Below are positions 37,726-48,330 of a stretch of DNA of 49,611 nt, in pieces. The translations under genes and the position numbers were made by a program. The stretch is from Desulfurella sp. (lineage in GTDB: Bacteria; Campylobacterota_A; Desulfurellia; Desulfurellales; Desulfurellaceae), in the NCBI GenBank assembly GCA_031960885.1, contig JAVRLY010000002.1:1-49611 (forward strand), read 5' to 3'. The notes below the pieces were generated by a model. That model was not told where the DNA came from. It made no database searches and saw nothing but the letters and a program-made list of their open reading frames with translations. How positions within the stretch are numbered: the stretch's first letter is position 1; each line of letters starts with the position of its first letter.

Positions 37726-38624
37726 GTATTTTTGATATTTTTAAAAAGATAAAATCTGGTTTTAGTCAGGATATACAAGAAACACAAAACACTAAAGATA
37801 AACCAATTACACAAGACTATTTAGATCAACTCGAAGAATTGCTTATTACATCTGATTTTGGTGTGGTAGTTACTCAAAAAATCTTGGATGAAATTAATAA
37901 AAATATTGGCGGTAGTGTAAAAACCATTCGCGATGCAGAATTTGTCATAAGGGATATACTTTTGAGTGTGCTTGAAAAAGTAGAAAAACCCATTTATATA
38001 AAAGGTGCGCCATTTGTAATTTTGGTTGTTGGCATAAATGGTTCTGGTAAAACTACAACAATTGGAAAGCTCGCACATCTTTATACGGAAAGAGGCAAGC
38101 GCGTGTTGCTTGTTGCAGCTGATACATTTAGAGCAGCTGCAATTGAACAGTTAGAAGAGTGGAGCTATAAAAGTGCTTCTGATATTGTTAAAACACTACC
38201 AAAAACTGACCCAGCAGCTGTAGCCTACGACGGTGTTCATAAGGCAATAGCAAAACGCTACGATGTAGTCTTAATTGACACAGCAGGCAGATTGCATACG
38301 CAAAAACATTTAATGGAAGAAGTAAAAAAGATTAAACGCTCTATTGGAAAATTAGGAAACTATCCTAATGAAACACTGCTTGTCTTAGATTCCACAATTG
38401 GTCAAAATTCACTTAATCAAGCAAGAGAGTTTAATAGTGCAATTGGCGTTAGCGGTATAGTGTTAACAAAACTTGATAGCACATCAAAAGGCGGCATTAT
38501 TTTTGCCATTAGCGAGGAGTTAAAAATTCCCATTAGATATATTGGTATTGGTGAAAAAATCGATAGTTTGAGGGCATTTGGAGCAAGGGATTTTATGGAA
38601 TCACTGCTTAATCCTATAGCTTAA
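37722..38624 (+). CDS. ftsY: Signal recognition particle receptor FtsY (NG domain only)
   Basis: GINGSGKTTT, DTFRAAA, DTAGRL, TKLD.TSKGG, GIGE. Confidence 0.96.
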   Translation: MSIFDIFKKIKSGFSQDIQETQNTKDKPITQDYLDQLEELLITSDFGVVVTQKILDEINKNIGGSVKTIRDAEFVIRDILLSVLEKVEKPIYIKGAPFVILVVGINGSGKTTTIGKLAHLYTERGKRVLLVAADTFRAAAIEQLEEWSYKSASDIVKTLPKTDPAAVAYDGVHKAIAKRYDVVLIDTAGRLHTQKHLMEEVKKIKRSIGKLGNYPNETLLVLDSTIGQNSLNQAREFNSAIGVSGIVLTKLDSTSKGGIIFAISEELKIPIRYIGIGEKIDSLRAFGARDFMESLLNPIA

Positions 38625-40079
38625 AAGTTCTTTTTTAACTATATACAAACCGATTGGTAAGTATACAATAGTTGATAGAAAAAGCCTAGCTAAAGCATCA
38701 ATTAGGTAGGTTTTGCTGAAATTTATATGCTTTAGTGCTATTGATATAGTAAGTAAAATAAAAAAAATTATTAGAGCCTCTTTTGGGATTTTAAAAGATA
38801 TATTACCTATTTTCTTTTTAAAATAATAACTTAATATTGCTAAGTTTACAAAACCTACCACACTCAAACCCAGCGCCAAACCCCAAAAGCCAAACAGCAA
38901 AGCAGATATAGGAGAAATGATAAGTTTTGCCAAGACTGCAATCATTGCCGCTTTTAGTGGCGTTTTAACATCTTTAATGGCATAAAATGCATTGTTTACT
39001 ATTCTTAACTGCGAAAAAAACAAAAAACCAAACATGAACATTGTAAGTGCAATATCTGTGTTTATAGTATCTTGTCTTGTAAATTTACCATGCTGAAAAA
39101 TAATTGTAATTAAATCCTTTCCAAAAAAAACAAAATATAGTGTAATAGGAATGGATAAATTTAAAATAATCTTTAATAAATTATTTGTATTTTCTACTAA
39201 TTGAGGCTTTTCTAATTTGCTTAAATGTGGTAGTGTAGCTTGCGATATGGCAAGTACGACAATAGCAAATGGAAGTTGAAACAAAATATTGGCATAGTAT
39301 AGGTACGATATACTGCCAACTTTTAAGAAACTTGCTATAAACGTGTCTATCATATCGCCAATTTGTAATACAGAGCCACTAATTGCTGTATAAGACATTA
39401 ATTTCAAAATTTGCTTTGTCGAATCTTCAATTTTAAATACATACTTTGTAGGAATCTTTCCCCATTTTATGCCATAGTATGAAAAAATCATTTGAAGCAA
39501 GCCGCCTAATACCACACCAAAACACAATGTATAAATATGTGGATGTATATATTTATACAAAATAAGCATAGAAGCAATCATGCTAATATTGAGTAAAGAT
39601 GGAGAAAATGCTCCTACGCCAAATTGATTGTAACTATTCATGATGCCCATAAAACAAATGGCCATTCCTATAAAAAAAATGTAGCTAAAATTTATTTTTA
39701 CAAGTTCATCAAGCACTTTAATATGTGGGCTTGTAAGTAAACCCGGTGCAGAGATTAAAATCAAGAATTTAGAAAAAATTATGCCAAGTATGGTAAAAAT
39801 TAGCAATATAGCACCAAAAACCAATATTAAATTGCCAACAGCCGCTTTTGATTTTTCTGGATTATTTTGGTCTATTTTTGATAAAACAGGGACAACGGAA
39901 GAATTTACTGCACCTTCACCAAAGATCCTTCTAAAATGGTTTGGTATTTTAAAAGCTACAAAGAACATATCTGTATAAATATCTGCGCCAAAATAACGTG
40001 TTATCAAAAAATCTCTTATAAATCCTAAGATTCTTGATAGTATGGTGAAGTAGGCTATTATTTTAATATTTTTAAACAT
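38601..40079 (-). CDS. murJ: Lipid II flippase MurJ (MviN)
   Basis: SRILGFIRD, AFKIPN.FRRIFGEG, YLYYA..L.QLP, FYA..D.KTP. Confidence 0.95.
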   Translation of the reverse strand: MFKNIKIIAYFTILSRILGFIRDFLITRYFGADIYTDMFFVAFKIPNHFRRIFGEGAVNSSVVPVLSKIDQNNPEKSKAAVGNLILVFGAILLIFTILGIIFSKFLILISAPGLLTSPHIKVLDELVKINFSYIFFIGMAICFMGIMNSYNQFGVGAFSPSLLNISMIASMLILYKYIHPHIYTLCFGVVLGGLLQMIFSYYGIKWGKIPTKYVFKIEDSTKQILKLMSYTAISGSVLQIGDMIDTFIASFLKVGSISYLYYANILFQLPFAIVVLAISQATLPHLSKLEKPQLVENTNNLLKIILNLSIPITLYFVFFGKDLITIIFQHGKFTRQDTINTDIALTMFMFGFLFFSQLRIVNNAFYAIKDVKTPLKAAMIAVLAKLIISPISALLFGFWGLALGLSVVGFVNLAILSYYFKKKIGNISFKIPKEALIIFFILLTISIALKHINFSKTYLIDALARLFLSTIVYLPIGLYIVKKELLSYRIKQ

Positions 40080-40743
40080 TTTTTTCTATTAGAATTACAA
40101 ACTCCCCAACAATTTTTTTTTCTTCAAGTTTAAATATTACATCTTCTAGTTTTCCACGTATGAATTCTTCATAGATTTTTGTCAATTCTTTGGCTATTAC
40201 AACATACCTATTACCCAGTGTTTGTTTTATATTTTCAAGTGTTTTTTTTAACCTGTTTGGTGATTCGTATATAATTATTGTAGCATCAAGGTCATACTTT
40301 AAAAGCAATTTTGATTGTTTGCTCGTTGATTTTGGCAAAAAACCCAAAAATACAAACTTATCCGTTGCCAGTCCGCTTGCTTGGAGGGCACACAAAAAAG
40401 CACTAGGACCAGGGATTGGTTCTACATCATAGCCATTTTCTATAAAAGCTTTAACAATTCTATAACCTGGGTCTTGTATTGTAGGCGTTCCTGCATCTGT
40501 AATAAGTGCTATTGTTTTACCATTGCGCGCAATATCAAGCGCAAAAGGTATTTTGTTTTGGTAATTGTGATCATTATAAGATACAAGCTCTTTTTTTATA
40601 TTATATGCAGAAAGTAGTATTTTTGAGTGTCTGGGATTTTCTGCAAAAATAATATCCACAGACTTAAGCGTTTCAACCGCTCTGTATGTAATGTCTTGCA
40701 AATTGCCAATAGGCGTGGCAACCACATAAAGTTTTGCATTCAT
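40072..40743 (-). CDS. rsmI: 16S rRNA (cytidine1402-2'-O)-methyltransferase, short form
   Basis: LYVVATPIGNLQDITYRA, DAGTP.I.DPG, YESPNR, ELTKIYEE. Confidence 0.93.
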   Translation of the reverse strand: MNAKLYVVATPIGNLQDITYRAVETLKSVDIIFAENPRHSKILLSAYNIKKELVSYNDHNYQNKIPFALDIARNGKTIALITDAGTPTIQDPGYRIVKAFIENGYDVEPIPGPSAFLCALQASGLATDKFVFLGFLPKSTSKQSKLLLKYDLDATIIIYESPNRLKKTLENIKQTLGNRYVVIAKELTKIYEEFIRGKLEDVIFKLEEKKIVGEFVILIEKNV

Positions 40744-41387
40744 AAATTAGCGAAGAATTGCCTTATTTGATTTATATCTTCACAAGGATTGATTTCATAG
40801 CATCTGCCACGCACACAAGAAGGTCCTGCGTTTTGAAAAATTATCGGAGCGATTTTTTTGCAGGTTTTAAGCATTTCTATTGCTATATCCTGAATTTCTT
40901 TTTGAGCTTTTTTGCAAGTCCTTAAACTGAAAAAATGTAATAGTTCTCTTGCATTCATAGTCACAACAATATCTGATACCGTGGCCGTTGGTAAAATATA
41001 GCGCGCATCTTCTTTTGGAATATTTAAACTTAGTAGCTCTTCATATGATTCCTGAGCTTTTTTAATTAAATCATCAAAAATTTCTTTAGCTTTTTGATGT
41101 GATTTTATTCTATCGGGTATAGTGAAATTAGATGCTTTTGTGTACCTGTGAGATTGTTGCGTGAAACTAGCGATTCTGTGTCTAACTAACTGGTGTGATG
41201 CAACACGGCTTATGTCCTTTATTAAAAAAGTAAAACTTGCATGTTCTAAAATGGACAAATGGCCTGCTTTAATAATTTTGTTTAATAATCTTTCTTTATC
41301 AGTCGTTTTTGATTGATAACAGATTTTTGCGGTTTCAAAGCATATATCGTCTGGGTTTGGTGTGTAATTCAATAATTTTACTTCCAT
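40740..41387 (-). CDS. thyX: FAD-dependent thymidylate synthase
   Basis: GHLSILEH, QLVRHRIASFTQQSHRY, EDARY.LP, MNAREL. Confidence 0.95.
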   Translation of the reverse strand: MEVKLLNYTPNPDDICFETAKICYQSKTTDKERLLNKIIKAGHLSILEHASFTFLIKDISRVASHQLVRHRIASFTQQSHRYTKASNFTIPDRIKSHQKAKEIFDDLIKKAQESYEELLSLNIPKEDARYILPTATVSDIVVTMNARELLHFFSLRTCKKAQKEIQDIAIEMLKTCKKIAPIIFQNAGPSCVRGRCYEINPCEDINQIRQFFANL

Positions 41388-41390
41388 AGG

Positions 41391-41672
41391 TCACTTCTTA
41401 AATATGATAACAGTTTCGTTATCTTTTTGCATATAGTATTGGCTTCTTGCTTTTTGTTCAATAGTAGAATTTGTAACATTTGTGTTTTCCTTTAAGTGTT
41501 TTATTTCTTTTTTTTCTTTTGCAATTTCTTTATCCATTTTATCTTTGGTTTGATTGAGATTGGATAGATTAGAGTAATTGTCATAGAAGCTTTTTATCAA
41601 AACTCCTATGACAATAATAAAAATTACTATTAATACATTTTCTAAAATTTTACCAAGTTGGGTAAATCGCAT
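41391..41672 (-). CDS. ftsB: Septum formation initiator (FtsB/DivIC family)
   Basis: One TM helix, coiled coil, IEQKAR...M...NE; conserved position after eno. Confidence 0.75.
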   Translation of the reverse strand: MRFTQLGKILENVLIVIFIIVIGVLIKSFYDNYSNLSNLNQTKDKMDKEIAKEKKEIKHLKENTNVTNSTIEQKARSQYYMQKDNETVIIFKK

Positions 41673-42906
41673 TAGATTTTAACTCTTGCTCAATCTCTAA
41701 TAGTCTATTGTATTTTGCAATTCGTTCTCCTCTATTAACAGAACCTGTTTTAATAAACCCTGAGTTTGTGGCCACAGCTAAATCAGCTATAAACGTATCT
41801 TTTGTTTCACCTGATCTGTGAGAAATTACATAGTTATAGCCATTTTCTTGAGCTAAATTAATAACATTAAGTGTTTCAGTTAGAGTTCCAATCTGATTGA
41901 GTTTAATTAGTATAGCATTTGCAATACCTCTTTCAATGCCCTCAGAAAATATTTTTTCATTAGTTACAAACACATCATCTCCAACAAGCATTATATGTTC
42001 GCCAAGTTCTTCAGTAATTTTTGACCAGCCTTCTAAATCATTTTCTGCCATTGCGTCTTCAATTGAAAAAATTGGATATTTTTCTATAAATTCGCCAAGC
42101 AAATTAATTAACTCGTCATTTGACATTTTTTTATTTGAAACATAATAAAAACCATCTTTATAAAATTCGCTTGCTGCTAAATCTAGGGCAATATCGATAT
42201 CTTCACCTGGAACATATCCTGCTTTTTCTATTGCATCGACCAAATAATTTAGAGGTTCTTCATTCGATTTGAAATTTGGCGCAAAGCCACCTTCGTTGCC
42301 AACATTTGTTGAGTATCCATCAGATCTGAGAATTTTTTTAAGCATTTGAAAGGTTTCTGATGCCATTTGCATGGCATTTGAAAAATTTTGTGCACCAACA
42401 GGCACAATCATAAATTCTTGAAAATCAATATTATTATCAGCGTGTACGCCACCATTTATTACATTGAGCATCGGTATTGGTAGTGTTTTTGCATTAAGTC
42501 CGCCAATGTATCTGTAAAGTGGTATATTTAGCTCTCTGCTTGCAGCTTTTGCGCAGGCTAAAGAAACAGACAATATTGCGTTTGCGCCTAAATTTGATTT
42601 ATTTTCAGTTCCATCCAGCTGAATAAGTAAATTGTCAATTTCTGCTTGCTCTAATACTTCCATCCCAATTATTTCATCAGCAATTTTATCGTTAACATTT
42701 GACACTGCCTGCAATACTCCTTTGCCGTTGTATCTTTGCATGTCGTTATCTCTTAATTCTAAGGCTTCTTTTGAACCAGTTGATGCACCAGATGGAATTT
42801 CTGCTTTACCAATAGCACCGTTTTCTGTTCTGATGATAGTTTTGATTGTTGGGTTTCCTCTTGAATCTAAAATTTCAATTGCATTAACTTCAATTACTGC
42901 ACTCAT
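41650..42906 (-). CDS. eno: Enolase
   Basis: [46 protein letters not shown]. Confidence 0.97.
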   Translation of the reverse strand: MSAVIEVNAIEILDSRGNPTIKTIIRTENGAIGKAEIPSGASTGSKEALELRDNDMQRYNGKGVLQAVSNVNDKIADEIIGMEVLEQAEIDNLLIQLDGTENKSNLGANAILSVSLACAKAASRELNIPLYRYIGGLNAKTLPIPMLNVINGGVHADNNIDFQEFMIVPVGAQNFSNAMQMASETFQMLKKILRSDGYSTNVGNEGGFAPNFKSNEEPLNYLVDAIEKAGYVPGEDIDIALDLAASEFYKDGFYYVSNKKMSNDELINLLGEFIEKYPIFSIEDAMAENDLEGWSKITEELGEHIMLVGDDVFVTNEKIFSEGIERGIANAILIKLNQIGTLTETLNVINLAQENGYNYVISHRSGETKDTFIADLAVATNSGFIKTGSVNRGERIAKYNRLLEIEQELKSNAIYPTW

Positions 42907-42921
42907 GTTACCTCCTAAAAT

Positions 42922-45423
42922 TTAAATATATTGTTTTACCATGTCTTCATAGTTTTTAATTAATGTTTCAACTTCTGTTTGTGATTTAGCATTTGCTTCT
43001 ATTGTGAAATAAGATTTGTCTTCTTCTGGGTATAACAACACCCAACCTTCTACATCTCTATGATAAATTTTTATACCAAACGCAGTAATTCTATCTGTGT
43101 TTTGAGTAATTTCAAATAGTTTTCTCATTACAGTGCCTTTTTTGTCGAATGGACATGGGATCAAAACTTTGCTTTTTGGCGTTGATTCATACATGCTGGC
43201 AAATTGAGAAATACTTTTATCTTGTAAACTTAATAGTTCAAGAATCTTTAGTGTGGAATATATGCCATCAAAAAAGTACTGGTAGTCGCTAAATAAAAAC
43301 CCACCATTTGCATCTGCACTGAAATCAGCTTTAATATTGTATGCATTATACATCAACTCTTTCATTGTAAATGGAGACTCGTAAAACTCTATATTTAGAT
43401 CATTGCAAAGTTTTTCACACATAAAAGAAGCATTTACCGGTAAAATAACTTTTTTACCCTTTAATTGTTGAGCTTGGAGTAAGATTAAAACTCTTACAGC
43501 CTTTTCATTATCTATTATTTCACCATGGTTGTCAACCAAAAAAACTTTTTCACACCCAGAATCCAACATAATTCCCAGATTTGCATTTGTGCTTTTTGTA
43601 ATAACAGACAACGTATTTTGTGCTTGCTCAAACTCTTCTTTTGTTCTTGTTGTTTTGCTTGGTTCTATAAATGCATTTAGACTAATGACTTCAATGCCGA
43701 TTTTACCTAGTATATTGGGTAAAATTTTAGAAGCACTACCAAACGAATAGTCTATAACAACACGTAGATTTTTTTGTTTTATGCTATCAATATTGAGCGT
43801 ATTTAAAATAGAGCTATTATAACTTTCTATTACATGGTATGGGAAATTTAAATTACCCACTTTGTTTATTGGGGATTTTCTAAAGTCTTCCCTAAAAAAT
43901 AATCTTTCTATAGTTTTTTCATTTGAACTTGGAATATCCATACCATTATTATCAAAGAATTTAATATCAACAAACTCTGTATCAAATGGCGAACGTCTCA
44001 AGTAAAAACCGCCAGATTTACCCGTTGTTTTTATAATATATCTAATGATGGGTATTGGCGTGTCGCTTAAATCTTCTACATTGACGCCGCACGATAAAAC
44101 GCCGGACATCAATGCCCTATTGAGTAATCTAGACACAGGATGTGTATCTCTACCACAAACAACACTAGATTTTTCTTTCAGGTTTGTAGCATATGCAGAG
44201 CCTAGTTTTGTGCAAAATTCTGGTGTAATTTCCAAATTTGCAAGGCCAGTTACGCCGTATTTGGCAAATAGCATATATGACCATTTTTCAGCCCATATAA
44301 GAGACGATGAGAGTATAGCGCCCGATTCTATCTCTTTGCTTGGCCATATTTTAACATTTGGTTTGATCACTACATCGTTGCCAATTTTTACTGAACTTGA
44401 TACAACACAATTATCATCAATTTTTGTATGGCTGCCAATTATGACGTTATCCAGTATAATTGAGTTTCTAATGTCACAATCTTGAGAAATTTGAGTATTG
44501 TCCCAGATTATAGAATTTTCTATATTACAATTTTTTCCAATATTAACATTTTTACCGATAATTGAATTTTTAATTTTTGCTTTTGGCTCAATGGTAGAAT
44601 TAGCGCCTATAATAAGTTTGCCTTCTAAACTTGCTGTAAAATTTATGTTTGCATTTTTTCCTACAAAAAAATCAGTATTTTCAATCTTTTCTTCTTCTAT
44701 TTCTATATTTACTTTTGATTCCAAACAATCCATATTTGCACTAAAGTATTCTGAAATATTGCCAATGTCTTTCCAATATCCATTGTCTATATATGCATTT
44801 ATCTTTATGCCTTTTTTAAGTAAAAGTGGGAATAAATCTTTGCTAAAATCAAATTCTTCATTATGAGGAATCAAGTCATATGCGTCTTTTTCCAATATGT
44901 AAATGCCTGTATTTATCAAATCAGAAAATACTTCACCCCACGATGGTTTTTCTAAGAATTTTTCAATATTCGATTGGTTGTCAGTTATAACAATGCCGTA
45001 CGAAGTAGGGTCTTTTGCATGTGTTAAAATGATTGTTGCTTTGGCATTTTTTTGACTGTGAGATTGCAAGGCTTTTGTAAGATCAAAATCGCACAGTATA
45101 TCTGAACTTATAACCAAGATTGATTCATTCATTTTCTCTTCTACAATAGCATATTTTACAGCTCCAGCAGTACCGTAATCTTTATCAGGTAATACATAGC
45201 TTAAATCAATATCGTATTCTTTGCCATCTTGAAAGTAATTTTCAATAATATCGTGCTGAAAAAATAACAGAACACTTATATCTTTAAATCCGTGATACTT
45301 TAGTAACTTAAGTACATGAAGCATTATAGGTTTATTTGCAATGGGGACCATTGGTTTTGGTATATTAATTGTAAGTGGTCTAAGTCGTGTTCCAAACCCG
45401 CCTGCCATTAATATAGTTTTCAC
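42922..45423 (-). CDS. Mannose-1-phosphate guanylyltransferase-like NTP transferase + hexapeptide repeats + phosphomannomutase-like domains
   Basis: MAGGFGTRLRPLT...PKP, FLEKP, YWKDIG, LbH repeats, PMM-like C-terminus; start probably GTG 45423 (SD GAGGTG), track start 45432. Confidence 0.88.
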   Translation of the reverse strand: MKTILMAGGFGTRLRPLTINIPKPMVPIANKPIMLHVLKLLKYHGFKDISVLLFFQHDIIENYFQDGKEYDIDLSYVLPDKDYGTAGAVKYAIVEEKMNESILVISSDILCDFDLTKALQSHSQKNAKATIILTHAKDPTSYGIVITDNQSNIEKFLEKPSWGEVFSDLINTGIYILEKDAYDLIPHNEEFDFSKDLFPLLLKKGIKINAYIDNGYWKDIGNISEYFSANMDCLESKVNIEIEEEKIENTDFFVGKNANINFTASLEGKLIIGANSTIEPKAKIKNSIIGKNVNIGKNCNIENSIIWDNTQISQDCDIRNSIILDNVIIGSHTKIDDNCVVSSSVKIGNDVVIKPNVKIWPSKEIESGAILSSSLIWAEKWSYMLFAKYGVTGLANLEITPEFCTKLGSAYATNLKEKSSVVCGRDTHPVSRLLNRALMSGVLSCGVNVEDLSDTPIPIIRYIIKTTGKSGGFYLRRSPFDTEFVDIKFFDNNGMDIPSSNEKTIERLFFREDFRKSPINKVGNLNFPYHVIESYNSSILNTLNIDSIKQKNLRVVIDYSFGSASKILPNILGKIGIEVISLNAFIEPSKTTRTKEEFEQAQNTLSVITKSTNANLGIMLDSGCEKVFLVDNHGEIIDNEKAVRVLILLQAQQLKGKKVILPVNASFMCEKLCNDLNIEFYESPFTMKELMYNAYNIKADFSADANGGFLFSDYQYFFDGIYSTLKILELLSLQDKSISQFASMYESTPKSKVLIPCPFDKKGTVMRKLFEITQNTDRITAFGIKIYHRDVEGWVLLYPEEDKSYFTIEANAKSQTEVETLIKNYEDMVKQYI

Positions 45424-45456
45424 TTTTCTCACCTCAATTTAGCTTATTTTTATAAT

Positions 45457-45485
45457 ATTATACTCTAATTGCAACTATTTGTAAA
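45457..45485 (-). promoter_or_regulatory. Putative sigma70 promoter for the MPG-eno-ftsB-thyX-rsmI-murJ operon
   Basis: Minus strand TTTACA (45485-45480), 17 nt, TATAAT (45462-45457). Confidence 0.55.
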
Positions 45486-45538
45486 TAAAAATTGCAAAAA
45501 GGCTTAATCATTTTATTGTTGTAATATAAAAGACTTTA

Positions 45539-45547
45539 TGATAGAAT
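45539..45547 (+). promoter_or_regulatory. Extended -10 promoter for rpsB-tsf
   Basis: TGa-TAGAAT at 45539-45547; the E. coli rpsB promoter is also extended -10 type. Confidence 0.55.
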
Positions 45548-45554
45548 GCCACTT

Positions 45555-45645
45555 TGAAAAACGCACACTTGTTATTTGAAGTGCGCACTTGGAGTCTTTT
45601 TAGATTTGTGCGTATTTAGCAAGTGGTGGAAAATCCAATTTTAAA
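45555..45645 (+). ncRNA. Structured rpsB 5' leader (S2 autoregulatory leader / t44-like)
   Basis: Nested stems CACTTGTTA/TAGCAAGTG, AAGTGCGCAC/GTGCGTATTT and GAGTCT/AGATTT, with CACAC...GTGGA flanks, directly upstream of rpsB. Confidence 0.7.
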
Positions 45646-45654
45646 GGAGTTTGT

Positions 45655-46440
45655 ATGTCTCACATTACAATGAAGGAACTTTTGGAAGCTGGGGTTCATT
45701 TTGGTCATCAAACCAAACGTTGGAACCCAAAAATGAAACCTTATATTTTTGCTGCAAGAAAGGGCATTCATATTATTGATTTACAACAGACATTGTACTA
45801 CTTTGAAAAAGCTTATGAATTTGTTGAAGATCAAGCTGCTGCCAACAAAACAATTCTTTTTGTTTGCACAAAAAAACAGGGTCAGGATGAAATTAGAGAG
45901 GCTGCAATTGCTTGCGGTATGCCTTATGTTACCTATAAGTGGCTTGGTGGTTTATTAACTAACTTTTCTACGGTAAGAAGAGGTGTTGAAAATCTAAAAA
46001 AACTCATAGAACTTGAAGAAAGTGGAGAAATTAATAAGTATACCAAAAAGGAAGCCAAGATTTTGATGAAAAAAAAGGAAAAATTGGAACAATATTTATC
46101 TGGTATAAAAAATATGACCAAATTGCCAGATGTGATGATTGTAGTTGACACAAAGAGAGAAGAACTTGCAATTAATGAAGCAAATAAGCTAAAAATTCCA
46201 GTAGTAGCACTAGTTGATACAAATTGTGATCCAGATCCAATTGATTACATTATTCCTGGAAATGATGATGCAATTAGATCTATAAATTTACTTGCGCAAA
46301 AAATGCAAGAAGCTGTTTTGCGTGGAAAAGAAAGATTTAATAAAGAAGAAGCAGATAAAGTTGCTGAGGAAAAATTTGATGAGGCTGTTGCCGAAAAAAT
46401 AGAAATAGAGGAAGATTTTAGCGAAGAGGAGGGTATATAA
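45655..46440 (+). CDS. rpsB: 30S ribosomal protein S2
   Basis: [36 protein letters not shown]. Confidence 0.99.
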   Translation: MSHITMKELLEAGVHFGHQTKRWNPKMKPYIFAARKGIHIIDLQQTLYYFEKAYEFVEDQAAANKTILFVCTKKQGQDEIREAAIACGMPYVTYKWLGGLLTNFSTVRRGVENLKKLIELEESGEINKYTKKEAKILMKKKEKLEQYLSGIKNMTKLPDVMIVVDTKREELAINEANKLKIPVVALVDTNCDPDPIDYIIPGNDDAIRSINLLAQKMQEAVLRGKERFNKEEADKVAEEKFDEAVAEKIEIEEDFSEEEGI

Positions 46441-46444
46441 GATT

Positions 46445-47041
46445 ATGGAAATAAATGCACAATTAGTTAAAGAATTAAGAGAAAGAACAGGTGCTGGTAT
46501 GATGGACTGTAAAAAAGCTCTACATCAAACAAATGGCGATATCGATAAAGCAATAGAAAAGCTTCGAGAAATGGGTCTTGCAAGTGCAAGAAAAAAGTCA
46601 ATTAGGGTTGCAAATGAAGGAAAAATTGTTAGTTATATACATGCAGGCGGCAAAATTGGTGTTATGGTTGAGCTTAACTGTGAAACAGATTTTGTCGCTA
46701 ATACCGATGAGTTTGCTCAGCTTGCAAAAGATATAGCAATGCATATTGCAGCGACAAACCCACTTTTTGTTGATAAAGAAAATGTTCCCAAAGAAGTGAT
46801 TGAGAAAGAAAGTACTTTTCAAAAAGAACAGCTTTTAAAAAGTGGCAAACCAGAAAATGTTGTCGATAAAATTTTAGAAGGCAAAATTAATAAATATCTT
46901 GAAGATATATGCTTATTAGATCAACCTTTCGTAAAAAATGAGATGGTTAAAGTAAAGGATTTAATCAATAATGCTATTGCAAAGTTTGGTGAAAACATAA
47001 TACTTAGGAGATTTGTAAGATTTAAGTTAGGAGAAGAGTAA
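46445..47041 (+). CDS. tsf: Elongation factor Ts, short form (198 aa)
   Basis: VKELRERTGAGMMDCKKAL, ELNCETDFVA. Confidence 0.98.
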   Translation: MEINAQLVKELRERTGAGMMDCKKALHQTNGDIDKAIEKLREMGLASARKKSIRVANEGKIVSYIHAGGKIGVMVELNCETDFVANTDEFAQLAKDIAMHIAATNPLFVDKENVPKEVIEKESTFQKEQLLKSGKPENVVDKILEGKINKYLEDICLLDQPFVKNEMVKVKDLINNAIAKFGENIILRRFVRFKLGEE

Positions 47042-47044
47042 ATA

Positions 47045-47758
47045 GTGGATAAATTTGTTTATAACAATGTTTTGTTAAAACTAAGCGGTGAAGCATTACT
47101 AGGCGATCTTCCTTTTGGTATAGATGACAAAATGATTAGAAAAATATCGATAGAAGTAAAGCAAATATGGGAAATGAATGTTAATGTTTCTATAGTTATC
47201 GGTGGTGGAAATATCTTTAGAGGTATTAAGGGAGCGTCGCTTGGTATGGATAGAGCAAGTGCCGATTATATGGGCATGCTCGCCACGGTTATAAATGGTT
47301 TAGCATTGCAAGATAGCCTAGAAAAGTTAAATGTGCCAACTCGCGTCATCAGTGCGATAGAAATGAGGCAAATTTCAGAGCCTTATATTAGACGAAGGGC
47401 GCTTAGGCACCTTGAGAAGGGTAGGGTTGTTATATTTGTTGCAGGCACGGGTAACCCATACTTTACAACAGATACAGCTGCTGCCTTAAGGGCAATGGAA
47501 ATGGGAGCCCAAGTGTTATTAAAAGCTACAAAAGTTGATGGCATTTATGATAAAGACCCTATGGTTTACAAAAATGCTAAATTGATAGAAAAAATAACAT
47601 ATATAGAAGTTCTTGATCAAAACTTAAAAGTTATGGATTCAACAGCGATATCTATGTGTATGGAGTATAAATTACCAATTATCGTTTTAAATATAAATAA
47701 AGAGGGTATTTTAAAAAGTATAATAGAAGGTAAACAAGTAGGTACATTAGTCAGTTAA
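47045..47758 (+). CDS. pyrH: UMP kinase
   Basis: [31 protein letters not shown]. Confidence 0.98.
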   Translation: MDKFVYNNVLLKLSGEALLGDLPFGIDDKMIRKISIEVKQIWEMNVNVSIVIGGGNIFRGIKGASLGMDRASADYMGMLATVINGLALQDSLEKLNVPTRVISAIEMRQISEPYIRRRALRHLEKGRVVIFVAGTGNPYFTTDTAAALRAMEMGAQVLLKATKVDGIYDKDPMVYKNAKLIEKITYIEVLDQNLKVMDSTAISMCMEYKLPIIVLNINKEGILKSIIEGKQVGTLVS

Positions 47759-47771
47759 AAGGGGTGTGCTT

Positions 47772-48326
47772 ATGAATGATAAAATTAAACCAATTGTTTC
47801 GGAAATGGAAAAGGCTCTTTTAGCTTATAAAAATTATGTTAATTCTCTAAAAACCGGTAAAGCACATAGTTTGCTTGTCGAAAATATACTTGTAGAAAGT
47901 TATGATAAAAAGATGCCATTAAAGCAAGTAGCTACCATATCTGTTCCAGATGCTACTTCTATAATTATAAAACCGTGGGACTTAAGTTTGCTAAAATCGA
48001 TAGAAAAAGCTATTCTTAAAGCAAATATAGGACTAACGCCAAACAACGATGGTAAAGTTGTTAAAATCAATATACCTCCTATGACAGAAGAAGATAGAAA
48101 AAATATTGTAAAGCACCTTAAGCAAGAAAGTGAAAAATATAAAGTAAACATACGAAATATTAGAAAAAAGGCTAATACAATTTTGAAAGAATTAGAAAAA
48201 GATAAACTTATATCTAAAGATGATTTAAAAAAAGAAGAAGATGAGTTGCAAAATTTAACGGATAAATATATAAAAGAAATCGACGAAATTCTAAATGTAA
48301 AACAAAAAGAGATCCTATCTGTTTAA
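47772..48326 (+). CDS. frr: Ribosome recycling factor
   Basis: PLKQVA, IEKAI, PNNDG, PPMTEE.R, IRNIR; start ATG 47772. Confidence 0.96.
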   Translation: MNDKIKPIVSEMEKALLAYKNYVNSLKTGKAHSLLVENILVESYDKKMPLKQVATISVPDATSIIIKPWDLSLLKSIEKAILKANIGLTPNNDGKVVKINIPPMTEEDRKNIVKHLKQESEKYKVNIRNIRKKANTILKELEKDKLISKDDLKKEEDELQNLTDKYIKEIDEILNVKQKEILSV

Positions 48327-48330
48327 TAAA

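Noticed and set aside
33754..38624. HDOD-BCAM0308-SDR-mtnA-crotonase-ftsY as a new methylthioribose/5'-deoxyadenosine pathway
   Set aside because: No phosphorylase/kinase or class II aldolase is present, and ftsY suggests a mixed operon.
40072..40743. Short RsmI (223 aa, ENPR for EDTR) as a pseudogene
   Set aside because: Frame intact, core motifs present and coupled to both neighbours; short forms lacking the C-terminal domain are known.
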